Assembly (NCBI GenBank): GCA_040003335.1
Contig: JBDUCS010000001.1
Span: forward strand, 1-38,610
Source of the DNA: Gemmatimonadaceae bacterium
Lineage (GTDB): Bacteria; Gemmatimonadota; Gemmatimonadetes; Gemmatimonadales; Gemmatimonadaceae
DNA: 38,610 nucleotides
Reading direction: 5' to 3'
This document shows positions 1 through 7,794 of the stretch, one piece after another (positions within the stretch are counted from its first letter, which is position 1; every line of letters starts with the position of its first letter). The position numbers and the translations under genes are program-made. The notes under the pieces were generated by a model that worked only from the letters and a program-made list of their open reading frames with translations, did not search any database and was not told where the DNA came from.

Positions 1-282
1 ACCTGACGTGCAGACGAAAACATGGTGGCGGTACTGGGACACTGGATTTCAGGGTTGGCGGTGATCGGCTCATCGTTGCATGCCGAGCGCCGTCGTCATC
101 TGCCCGCGAATCGGCATGTATGCCGCGACGACGGCGCGGCGCCCACGTGCCGCGAAGCGCACGTCCCGTCCGAGGTTGTGGCCAATGAATCGCTTCATAG
201 CCGCATGATTGACATCGGCTCTCGCGCCGTCAAGTCGCGGTGAGGGTCGTGAAGGATTACGTCACAGCGCGGCGAGCCATGC

Positions 283-2043
283 TCAACAGGCTCCCCCAAG
301 CGCCGCGCACGCTCGCTTCCCCGCGGCGACGATGCGCGCCGCGGCGGCGCTGATCGCGGCGCCCGTCGCCTTGGAGGAGCCGCCGACCTCGATGTCCGTC
401 GTGGTCGCCAGCGCCGACACGTAGTAGGCCGCCCAGGTCGCGAGAATGTCGCGCTCCGTGGCCGCGTCGCCGCCGGCGGTGATAGCGGATTTGCTCAACG
501 CGAGCTCGCGCCCAAGGCGCTCGCGCGCCGCGCGCTCCAAGTCGGCGATCGCGAAGCGCGCGCTCTGGCCGTCGGCGGTGGTGAGCGAGAGCGCCGCCAC
601 GAGCGCCGTCACGCCGACGTTTTTCAACTCGGTCGCCGAAACTTTGTCGAGCCGGTCGTTGTCGGTGTGATAGAACTGATCCGTGAAATGCCAGAACAGA
701 ACGCCGGGCCGCTTCGCGCGGAGGAACGGCACGTGGTCGCTTCCGCCCTCGAACGGATTCGTTCGCACAACCCACCCGTTCGTCGCCGCCTGCTCGAGGC
801 AGCGCGCCAGCAGATAGTCGTTGAAGTAGTGCGGCACGAGATCCTGCTTCGTCAGCGGCGCGCCGCCACCCCACTCGGTGTGGTGATCGTCGCCGCGCGT
901 CCAGATCGATGACGGATCTGGCATCTTCTCGATCAGGAACGTGCCGCCCGTCGCCTTGGTATCCTCGCCCACCATGTCGAGGCTGGTGCCCCACAGCACG
1001 TGCGAGGCGCGCTCGGCGTTCTCCGTGAGGTAGCGCTGCGTTGACGTGACCTCGAGTCCCCAGAGGAACGTGATCGTGCGCGCCGGACGCACGGCGCGCG
1101 AGCGGACGAGCGACGCCGCCACGCGCGCCAGCTCGGCCTGCGCGCCGACCCCGGTCGCGTTGTCGTTCGCGCCCGGCTCCTGCACGTGTGCGCTGAAGAC
1201 GTAGCGCTCCTCCGGCGCGCGGGCGCCGTGCACCTCGGCGACGAGCGTCAGCTCCTCGGCGCGAAAAATTTTGCTCGCGACGACGACGCGAACGCGCACC
1301 GGCCCGCGCGCCAGCGCGCTCTTGAGCGCCTCGCGCGCGGCGAACGAGAGATGCAATCCCCACGACTGCTTCACGCTGTCGAGCGGAATGCGGCCGAACT
1401 GGATCGACGTGCGATTCTTCTCGGGCTGCGTGTAGGCCGGCATCTGATACGACATCGCGCCGATCGCGCCGCGCTTCTGCACCGCCTCGGTGAAGAGCCG
1501 GCCGAGCGATCCATCGGCGACGACGATCTTGCCGGCAACGGCGGCGTCGTTGAGCGCCTGCGGCGTTCCCTTTCCCACATCCACCAGCTCGGCCTCCACG
1601 CCGCCCGCTGCTGTCGTATAGGAATCGATCGAGAGCATGTTACGGTTGGTCGCGAAACGCAGCACCGGTGTGGTCTGGCCGACGACCGTGAGCGACGCAT
1701 CGACCGGCTCCCACGTCGGTGCCGGCATCGGCCGATGCTCGACGCGATACGTGAGTGGTGCGCCGGCCGGAGCGCCGTCTTCCTTCACGTAGCCGGCGCG
1801 CTCGAGCAGCGCGCGCACGCGCTCGATGCTGGCGTCGAATCCGGCGTTACCCGGGAGCCGAAAGTACTGTTCGACAAAACTTGTCACCGCGCGCGCCGTG
1901 TCGCCGGAATATTGAGCGCGCACGAGCGTGAAGTAGCGCGCGATGGCCGGATCGGACGGCTTCCGTGACGCCTGTGCGGCGACGGCGGCGGGCGCGACGA
2001 GCGAACAAACGACGCTACCAGCGAGGACGAGTCGAGTTATCAT
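283..2043 (-). CDS. M28 family zinc peptidase, secreted
   Basis: ORF 283..2529 trimmed to the ATG at 2043..2041, giving a signal-like N-terminus MITRLVLAGSVVCSLVAPAAVAAQA. The blocks HVQEPGANDNATGVG and FWHFTDQFYHTDNDRLDKV look like M28 metal-ligand motifs. The discarded 5' extension is Arg/Asp-rich and would overlap csaA on the other strand. Confidence 0.85.
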   Translation of the reverse strand: MITRLVLAGSVVCSLVAPAAVAAQASRKPSDPAIARYFTLVRAQYSGDTARAVTSFVEQYFRLPGNAGFDASIERVRALLERAGYVKEDGAPAGAPLTYRVEHRPMPAPTWEPVDASLTVVGQTTPVLRFATNRNMLSIDSYTTAAGGVEAELVDVGKGTPQALNDAAVAGKIVVADGSLGRLFTEAVQKRGAIGAMSYQMPAYTQPEKNRTSIQFGRIPLDSVKQSWGLHLSFAAREALKSALARGPVRVRVVVASKIFRAEELTLVAEVHGARAPEERYVFSAHVQEPGANDNATGVGAQAELARVAASLVRSRAVRPARTITFLWGLEVTSTQRYLTENAERASHVLWGTSLDMVGEDTKATGGTFLIEKMPDPSSIWTRGDDHHTEWGGGAPLTKQDLVPHYFNDYLLARCLEQAATNGWVVRTNPFEGGSDHVPFLRAKRPGVLFWHFTDQFYHTDNDRLDKVSATELKNVGVTALVAALSLTTADGQSARFAIADLERAARERLGRELALSKSAITAGGDAATERDILATWAAYYVSALATTTDIEVGGSSKATGAAISAAAARIVAAGKRACAALGGAC

Positions 2044-2100
2044 CGAGACCGGAGCCGAGGGAAGTAAACCGCGAATATAGCGCCGCCGAACACTCAACCG

Positions 2101-2128
2101 AACATCGAATACCCAACACCGATCACCG
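2101..2128 (+). repeat. Degenerate heptanucleotide tandem repeat (aacatcg aataccc aacaccg atcaccg) directly upstream of the csaA start
   Basis: Read directly: four 7-nt units ending 5 nt before the ATG at 2134. No purine-rich Shine-Dalgarno in this leader. Same motif family as 20515..20542 and 38506..38533. Confidence 0.6.
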
Positions 2129-2133
2129 AGCCA

Positions 2134-2466
2134 ATGGCGACATTCGACGAATTCACGCAGTTCGACATCCGCGTCGGCACGGTCGTCGGCGCCGAGCCGT
2201 TTCCCGAGGCGCGAAAGCCGGCGATCAAGCTCGCGATCGACTTCGGCGCCGACCTCGGCGTGAAGCGCTCGAGCGCCCAACTGACGATGCACTACACGCC
2301 CGGCGCGCTCGTCGGTACGCAGGTGATCGCCGTCGTCAACTTCCCACCGCGCCGCATCGCCGGCTTCTCGAGCGACGTGCTCGTCCTCGGCGCGATGCCC
2401 GAGCCAGAGGAAGTGGTGCTCCTGCGCATCGAGCATCCCGTCGCGAACGGAACTCGCATCGGCTAA
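2134..2466 (+). CDS. csaA: tRNA-binding (EMAP/OB-fold) protein CsaA
   Basis: The 110-aa product aligns by eye along its whole length with Bacillus CsaA: FDIRVGTVVGAEPFPEARKPAIKLAIDFG...SSAQ...QVIAVVNFPPRRIAGFSSDVLVLGA. Confidence 0.9.
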   Translation: MATFDEFTQFDIRVGTVVGAEPFPEARKPAIKLAIDFGADLGVKRSSAQLTMHYTPGALVGTQVIAVVNFPPRRIAGFSSDVLVLGAMPEPEEVVLLRIEHPVANGTRIG

Positions 2467-2718
2467 GGGTGCACGGCGCGCCGCGGCGACCTCGACTACG
2501 ACGTTGCATTGCGCCCGCCGAGGCAGCACCTATGACGAGGTGTGGAATCGGATCGAGCGCGTGCGGCGGATCGCATCGGATCATCCGGACGAATGAATAC
2601 CTCTGTAGTTTGTGACGGTCATCCATCTCGATCAGCCGAACCCGTCTTGGTCCGCACGACCTTCGTCATAGATGCCCGTCGATGCTCGCGGATTTGTCGA
2701 CAGACGACCGACGACTGC

Positions 2719-2747
2719 TTGACACTGTATTCTGCTTCTCGTACAAC
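2719..2747 (+). promoter_or_regulatory. Candidate sigma70-type promoter for the sulfurtransferase-OsmC pair
   Basis: ttgaca (2719..2724), 17-nt spacer, tacaac (2742..2747), about 29 nt upstream of the ATG at 2776. Sequence match only. Confidence 0.3.
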
Positions 2748-2775
2748 CACAGTTCACCACAGTGAGGAGAGCACC

Positions 2776-3669
2776 ATGGCGACCATCGCGACCACGGGCG
2801 CCGACCAGACGATCGAGAACAAGGGATACGTGCATCCCGAGATGCTCGTCTCCACCGACTGGCTGGCTACTCATACGAACGATCCATCGCTGCGCGTTCT
2901 CGAGAGCGATGAGGATGTGCTTCTCTACGACACGGGGCACATCCCCAGCGCGCAGAAGATCGACTGGCATGCCGATCTCAACGATCCGCTACAGCGCGAC
3001 TACGTCGATCCGCGACAGTTCGAGAAGCTGCTGCGCAACCGCGGCATCGATGAGACGACCACCGTCGTGCTCTATGGCGACAAGAACAACTGGTGGGCGA
3101 CGTACGCTTTGTGGGTCTTCCGGCTGTTCGACTTTCCGGAACATAATCTCAAGATCCTCGACGGTGGCCGCATTAAGTGGGAGCAGGAAGGGCGGCCGAT
3201 GACGACCGACACACCGACATTTTCGGCAACGCAGTACGTGGCCCACGACCGCGACGACGCGAAGATCCGCGCATTCAAGAGCGAGGTGCTCGATCACATG
3301 GGCGGCAAGCGTCCGATGATCGACGTGCGCTCGCCCGACGAGTTTTCCGGCAAGAAGACGCATATGGCCGAGTATCCGCAGGAAGGGGTGCTGCGCGGCG
3401 GACACATTCCGGGCGCGAAGAGCGTTCCATGGGCGCGCGCGGCGAACGCCGACGGCACGTTCAAGAGTGCCGGCGAGCTGCGCGCGATCTACGAGGGCGA
3501 GGCCGGTCTCAAGCAGGGCGACGATGTCGTCGCCTATTGCCGCATCGGCGAGCGCAGCTCGCATACGTGGTTCGTGCTCACCTACCTCCTCGGCTACGGC
3601 AGGGTGCGCAACTACGACGGCAGTTGGACCGAGTGGGGGAACTCGGTTCGGGCCCCGATCGAGCGATGA
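2776..3669 (+). CDS. Thiosulfate sulfurtransferase (tandem rhodanese domains)
   Basis: ORF 2542..3669 trimmed to the ATG at 2776, which is preceded by gaggag (2764..2769). Active-site loop [11 protein letters not shown] and the C-terminal YDGSWTEWG are typical of CysA/SseB-type rhodaneses. Confidence 0.88.
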   Translation: MATIATTGADQTIENKGYVHPEMLVSTDWLATHTNDPSLRVLESDEDVLLYDTGHIPSAQKIDWHADLNDPLQRDYVDPRQFEKLLRNRGIDETTTVVLYGDKNNWWATYALWVFRLFDFPEHNLKILDGGRIKWEQEGRPMTTDTPTFSATQYVAHDRDDAKIRAFKSEVLDHMGGKRPMIDVRSPDEFSGKKTHMAEYPQEGVLRGGHIPGAKSVPWARAANADGTFKSAGELRAIYEGEAGLKQGDDVVAYCRIGERSSHTWFVLTYLLGYGRVRNYDGSWTEWGNSVRAPIER

Positions 3670-4109
3670 GCGCCGCGCCGGAGGAAGAGCCCGCGCGGCG
3701 TCCGCCCAACCGCGTGATCGCGACGTGGAAAAGCGGGCTCGTGATGGAGAGCAGCCGCGCCGACGGCGCTGCGCCGCCGATGGTGATCGACGGCAACACG
3801 AAGGAAGCGCAGGGGCCGGTCGACGCCCTGCTCAGCGCGCTCGCCGCATGCGCCGCGTCCGACGTCGTGCTGATTCTCGAGAAGCAGCGCACGCCGCTCG
3901 AGGTGATGGAAGTCGAAGTGATCGGAACGCGCGTCGAGACGACGCCGCGCCGGCTCGCGCACGTACAGCTGAAGTTTCGAATCGGCGGCAAGGGCATCAC
4001 ACAGGTGGCCGCCATGCGCGCGGTGGAGCTGGCGGTGACGAAGTATTGCTCGGTGCGCGACTCGTTGCGTCCGGACGTGCCGGTGGAGTTCGAGGTGACG
4101 TTGGTGTAG
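3666..4109 (+). CDS. OsmC family protein (peroxiredoxin-like)
   Basis: 147-aa frame inside ORF 3177..4109. The ATG at 3666 overlaps the upstream TGA (ATGA). Two-Cys pattern [12 protein letters not shown] ... [11 protein letters not shown] is typical of OsmC/Ohr folds. Confidence 0.8.
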   Translation: MSAAPEEEPARRPPNRVIATWKSGLVMESSRADGAAPPMVIDGNTKEAQGPVDALLSALAACAASDVVLILEKQRTPLEVMEVEVIGTRVETTPRRLAHVQLKFRIGGKGITQVAAMRAVELAVTKYCSVRDSLRPDVPVEFEVTLV

Positions 4110-4130
4110 CGCTGCGAAAAGAGACAAAAG

Positions 4131-4170
4131 AAAAACAACCACCGGAACTCGCGTTCCGGTGGTTGTTTTT
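4131..4170. terminator. Bidirectional intrinsic terminator between convergent genes
   Basis: Perfect 18-bp stem aaaaacaaccaccggaac / gttccggtggttgttttt with loop tcgc. A-run on the left and T-run on the right give a U-tail on both strands. It lies between the stops at 4109 (+) and 4192 (-). Confidence 0.85.
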
Positions 4171-4191
4171 CTGTTGTGGTTTAGCTCAACG

Positions 4192-5732
4192 CTACGGCAC
4201 CGTCACGACGCCATTGCCGTTGACGGTCGCGACCGCGGTGTTCGAGCTATTTAAGCTGATCACGCCACCCGTCAGGACGACCCCGTTCACATCCCGGAGC
4301 ACGACGCTGATTGTCGTCGTCGTACCGGCGGGGACGGTGGCCGAGGTGGGAGTGACGGTGACGCTGAACAATGGCTGCTGCACCGTGATGATCGTCGTGC
4401 CGTTCACGCCTTCGACCGTCGCCGTAATGGTCGCGGTTCCCGTCGCGATGCCGGTCACGTTGCCGGCCGCGTCGACCTGCGCCACGCTCGTGTTGCTCGA
4501 GCTCCACGTGACCGTCCGGCCCGCCAGCGCGGTGCCGCCGCCATCACGCGGAATCGCGGAGAGCGCGAAGGTGCCGGTAACGAGCACCGTCGCCGACGTG
4601 GGAATCACATCGACCGAGGCAACCGCGGCGCGCACCGTGACGCCCGCCGTGCCGCTGACGCCTTCGCTGGTCGCGGTGATCGTCGCCGTGCCGACGGCGA
4701 CACCGGTGACGAGTCCGCTCGCGTTGACCGTCGCTTTCGTGAGGTCGGACCTCAGCCACGTGATCGTGCGGCCCGTGAGCACGTTGCCGTCGGCGTCCTT
4801 CAAGCATCGCGACGAGCGTGTAACTCGCACCGGCGCTGACGGTCTGTGCCAATGGCGCCAGCGTCACCGTCGCCACCGGGGCGAGCGTGATGATGACGCC
4901 GACGGTCGCCGTCTTCGTTTCGCTCGTCGCCGTGATCGCCGCCGTTCCGGTGCTCACCGCGGTGACCTTCCCCGCGGCATCGACCGTCGCGATCGCGGTG
5001 TTGGAGCTCGTCCACGTGACGGTGCGGCCAGTGAGCGTGTTGCCGTCGGCGTCCTTGGTGGTCGCCGCGAACTGGAACATCCGTCCAACGTAGAACGGAC
5101 TGGGAGCTGCTGGCGTGATCGTTCCCGTTGCCACCGGAATCGTCACGGTGACCGCGAACGTGCCGGCCACTCCCTCGCTCGTGGCGATGATCGTCGCCGC
5201 CCGCCGGCGACGCCCGTCACGAGGCCAGTCGCGGCATCGACTGTGGTGATCGTCGTCGCGGAGCTGGACCACACAATGGTGCGGCCGGTGAGCGTGTTGC
5301 CGCCGGCATCCTTGGTGACCGCGGTGAGCTGCAGCGTGGCGCCCTTCACGACCGACGTCGACGGTCCCGACACGGTGACGCTCGCGACCGGTGCCGGGGT
5401 GATCGTCACGGCGAACGTACCGCTCTTTCCTTCGCTCGCCGCGGTGATCGTGGCCGTGCCCGCGGCGACACCGGTCACAGACCCGTGCTGCTCACGGTCG
5501 CATTCGCCGTGCTGGACGAGTACGTCACCGTCCGTCCCACGAGTACGTTGCCGCCCGCGTCCTTCGTGACAGCGGTGAGCTGCAGCGTCGAGCCGGCGGC
5601 AACGGTGGTGGCCGGCGCCGAGACGACGACGGTCAAGACCGCGACCGGACCGGTCGAGTCATTGCTGTGACATGCGGCAAGCACGAGGGCGACGGCCAAC
5701 GTGCGCGCCAGGGAAGACCGGAAGGAACGCAT
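4192..5732 (-). pseudogene. Lipoprotein with six bacterial Ig-like (Big_2) domains, interrupted by three frameshifts
   Basis: Four minus-strand ORF pieces in different frames (5475..5792, 5143..5478, 4544..5272, 4192..4830). Each carries the same ~80-aa module: L.LTAVTKDAGGN.LTGRT.TWSSSN...ATV...G.VTGVA.GTATITATSEG. The modules continue across frame changes near 5476..5479, 5197..5206 and 4799..4803. Start taken at ATG 5732 (GGAGA 9 nt upstream), with lipobox LVLAAC. Confidence 0.75.
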
Positions 5733-5890
5733 CACGCTCATTCTCCAGAGAGGGCGAGCGGATTTGCGATCGGAGACGGCACTTCGCGGCATGCGACGAA
5801 GCGGGGCGCATTGGACCCAGCGTCCACGCGACCTCGTGAAACGTTTATGTAGTCGCTGAAGTAACGCGGCCGATCATGAGAGATATTAAC

Positions 5891-5913
5891 GGCACCGAGC
5901 GATGCTCGGTGCC
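5891..5913 (-). terminator. Intrinsic terminator downstream of the 5948..6541 gene
   Basis: 10-bp perfect stem ggcaccgagc / gctcggtgcc with a 3-nt loop. On the minus strand it is followed by gttaatatctctc (A/T-rich tail). Confidence 0.6.
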
Positions 5914-5947
5914 CGTTCTCTCGCTCTCGCGCAGAGCCGTCGCGCCG

Positions 5948-6541
5948 TCAGCTCTCGAACTCGGTGCCCAAGATCGTGCGTTCTACACCGATGTCGGGAG
6001 GCGAACCGGTCATCATCCCCTTCAGTACCTCGAACAGCACGACCGGTCGCGGCTTGTCGATCTTCAGATAGGTCGCGAGATCGACGTCGACCAAAATGAG
6101 GACGAGCCGTGGATCGTCGGGTCCGCCATTGCGTGCCCCGCCTTCGTCGCCGAACCAGGCGCGCCAATCCGGCTTGTAGAGCTTGCGGATGAGCTCGCGG
6201 CTCTTCGAGACGTTCGCGACGCCGCTCACCGACACCCATTCGCGCGTGCGGTCTTTGTAGTACGACAGGTTCACGTGGGGATCGTGGAGCAGATCCTCGA
6301 GCTTGTGGGACTCGGTGCTGGTGACGAACCAGAGGTCCGCCACGGCGTCGCGCGGCTGCGTCTGCATCGCGCGCGAGATGAGCCGCCCGTCGAGCCGACG
6401 CGTCGTGAACATTGCGACCTCGATGCCATCGATCAGTCCATACAGGTCGTCGAGTTTTTTTTCCGCCGCGTGGGTGCCGTCGACGCCGCGCTCGCGCGGC
6501 GTGCCGCTGTTCGTCGCCTTTTTCTTGCGTGCTGCCGCCAT
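5948..6541 (-). CDS. Pyridoxamine 5'-phosphate oxidase-fold protein (general stress protein 26-like)
   Basis: 197-aa ORF. The core IEVAMFTT...GRLISRAM...DLWFVT...K..DLLHDPHVNLSY......WVSVSG.A resembles COG3871/GSP26-type FMN-binding split-barrel proteins. Confidence 0.75.
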   Translation of the reverse strand: MAAARKKKATNSGTPRERGVDGTHAAEKKLDDLYGLIDGIEVAMFTTRRLDGRLISRAMQTQPRDAVADLWFVTSTESHKLEDLLHDPHVNLSYYKDRTREWVSVSGVANVSKSRELIRKLYKPDWRAWFGDEGGARNGGPDDPRLVLILVDVDLATYLKIDKPRPVVLFEVLKGMMTGSPPDIGVERTILGTEFES

Positions 6542-6655
6542 TCGATGACCATCCGTTCAGGTTCGTGGAGTGCGTGCCCAACCTTATGACAAGCGCATGA
6601 GGCGTGCCTCGCGCGCCTTCGCATTCCCGCGCTCTCCGCCGCCGCCGAGCTCATC

Positions 6656-7643
6656 ATGTCCCGCCGCCCACGCACATCCGTCGTCGCCATCTGCGCCGCA
6701 GGCGCGATCGCGCTCGCGTGTAGCGGCGCCGGCGTCCCCGAAGCCACATCACCGATCCAGACTGCTGGTCCAGCGGTGAGTCCGACGTTCGTGCACGTCG
6801 TGCTGATCAGCATCGGCGGACTGCGCGGCGACGCGCTCTCCCGCACGACCACGGTCGCGGCGCTCGCCGCGCGCGGCGCGTGGAGCGACAGCATGCGGAC
6901 GGTCATCCCATCGATGACGGTGCCGGGCCATCTGTCGATGCTCACCGGCCGCGACGTCACGACGTTCGGGCTGCGCGACAACAGCTTCGACGTCGGTACC
7001 GGAACGACGCTCGCGCTGCACGCCGCGAGCTCGGTGTTCGACTGGGCGAAGACGGCGGGTCGAAACAGCAAGGCGGTCGCCGGCGCGATCCTCATTCCGT
7101 CGTCGCCGCGCGCAGGCGCAGCAGTTCTACGTGCTCGACACGCTCGCCGTCGCCGATCTCGATGCGGACTCCGTCACCGCGCAGGCGATCCAGCTCGTAA
7201 CGGGATCGGCGCCGCCATCGATTCTCTTCGTGCACTACAGCGACGTCGACCTGATGGGGCACGATGCGGGCTGGTTGTCGTCGGCTCCCGGCGGCGAGAC
7301 GCTCAACCCCGAATGGCTCCGCGCCGTCGCGCACGTCGACGTGGCGATCGCCAAGCTGATCGCGGTGCTCCAGACGAGCATCGAGGTCGGCTCGACGGCG
7401 GTGATCATCACGGCCGATCACGGCGGCGGCAAAGGCGACGGGTGCGTCGCCGGCGATCCGCCGGTGCGCCAGCACTGCACATCGAACGCGGGCGACGTCC
7501 TGATCCCGTTCGTGCTCGTCGGCAAAGGGATCTCGGCGAAGCGGCTTCCGTCCGGTCTCCGCATCACGCAAGTCGCCGCGACCATCGCCAAGCTTCTCGG
7601 CGTCAATCCGCCGGCGGCGGCGGATGCGGCGGTGAGCTACTGA
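6656..7643 (+). pseudogene. NPP / alkaline-phosphatase-superfamily phosphodiesterase lipoprotein, frameshifted
   Basis: N-terminal half is in the frame of 6656: lipobox IALAC, VVLISIGGLRGDAL, PSMTVPGHLSMLTGR. C-terminal half is in the frame of 7131: FVHYSDVDLMGHDAGW, IITADHGGG. The frames switch somewhere in 7085..7125. Confidence 0.7.
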
Positions 7644-7655
7644 CGGCTCGCACGC

Positions 7656-7725
7656 CATGTCATCCTGAGGAGCTCTTCGTTCATGTCACCCTGAGGAGCT
7701 CTTCGTTCATGTCATCCTGAGGAGC
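7656..7725 (+). repeat. 26-nt tandem repeat, about 2.7 copies (catgtcatcctgaggagctcttcgtt)
   Basis: Copies at 7656..7681 and 7682..7707 (one t>c change), plus a partial copy at 7708..7725. Read directly. Confidence 0.9.
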
Positions 7726-7782
7726 AACGCGACGAAGGATCTGCTTTTCCAACAGCAGATCCTTCGCCTCGCTCAGGATGAC
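7711..7782. repeat. Long imperfect palindrome (REP-like or terminator-like) between convergent genes
   Basis: Left arm gtcatcctgag...gaaggatctgc (7711..7744), loop ttttccaaca, right arm gcagatccttc...ctcaggatgac (7755..7782). The outer and inner 11-bp segments pair perfectly and the middle is mismatched. Confidence 0.8.
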
Positions 7783-7794
7783 ATCTCGTGGTTG

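Noticed and set aside
22-243. 73-aa plus ORF at the window start, and a 43-aa minus mini-ORF (67..198, MKRFIGHNLGRDVRFAARGRRAVV...)
   Set aside because: The plus ORF has no motif and non-coding-like composition. The start of the minus mini-ORF faintly resembles the N-terminus of MacB/ADOP-type permeases (RD.R.A.R..RR), but it stops after 43 codons with no membrane segment in any frame. At best it is a gene remnant and is not supportable as a feature.
2044-2529. 5' extensions of longest ORFs: 283..2529, 2542..2775, 17319..17630, 19810..20142, 34708..34929, 36333..36722, 20420..20548, 21121..21483 and 14432..14536
   Set aside because: The extensions overlap neighbouring genes, are Arg-rich, and precede better starts with an RBS or 4-nt coupling and recognisable N-termini or signal peptides.
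3467-5569. Uninterrupted 700-aa plus-strand ORF running antisense to the frameshifted Big_2 gene
   Set aside because: It runs in alternative frames through the 3' end of the rhodanese gene and the whole OsmC gene, and straight through the 18-bp terminator hairpin. Its product is low-complexity (Arg/Ala/Val/Thr runs). The minus-strand reading gives six clean Big_2 modules. Open antisense frames are expected at this GC3 bias.
7656-7782. Tandem repeats as a possible CRISPR array; the same question applies to the heptad arrays at 2101, 10507, 20515, 36130 and 38429
   Set aside because: The repeat units are contiguous with no unique spacers. Units are 7 or 26 nt with fewer than 3 full copies for the 26-mer. 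There are no cas genes in the window.
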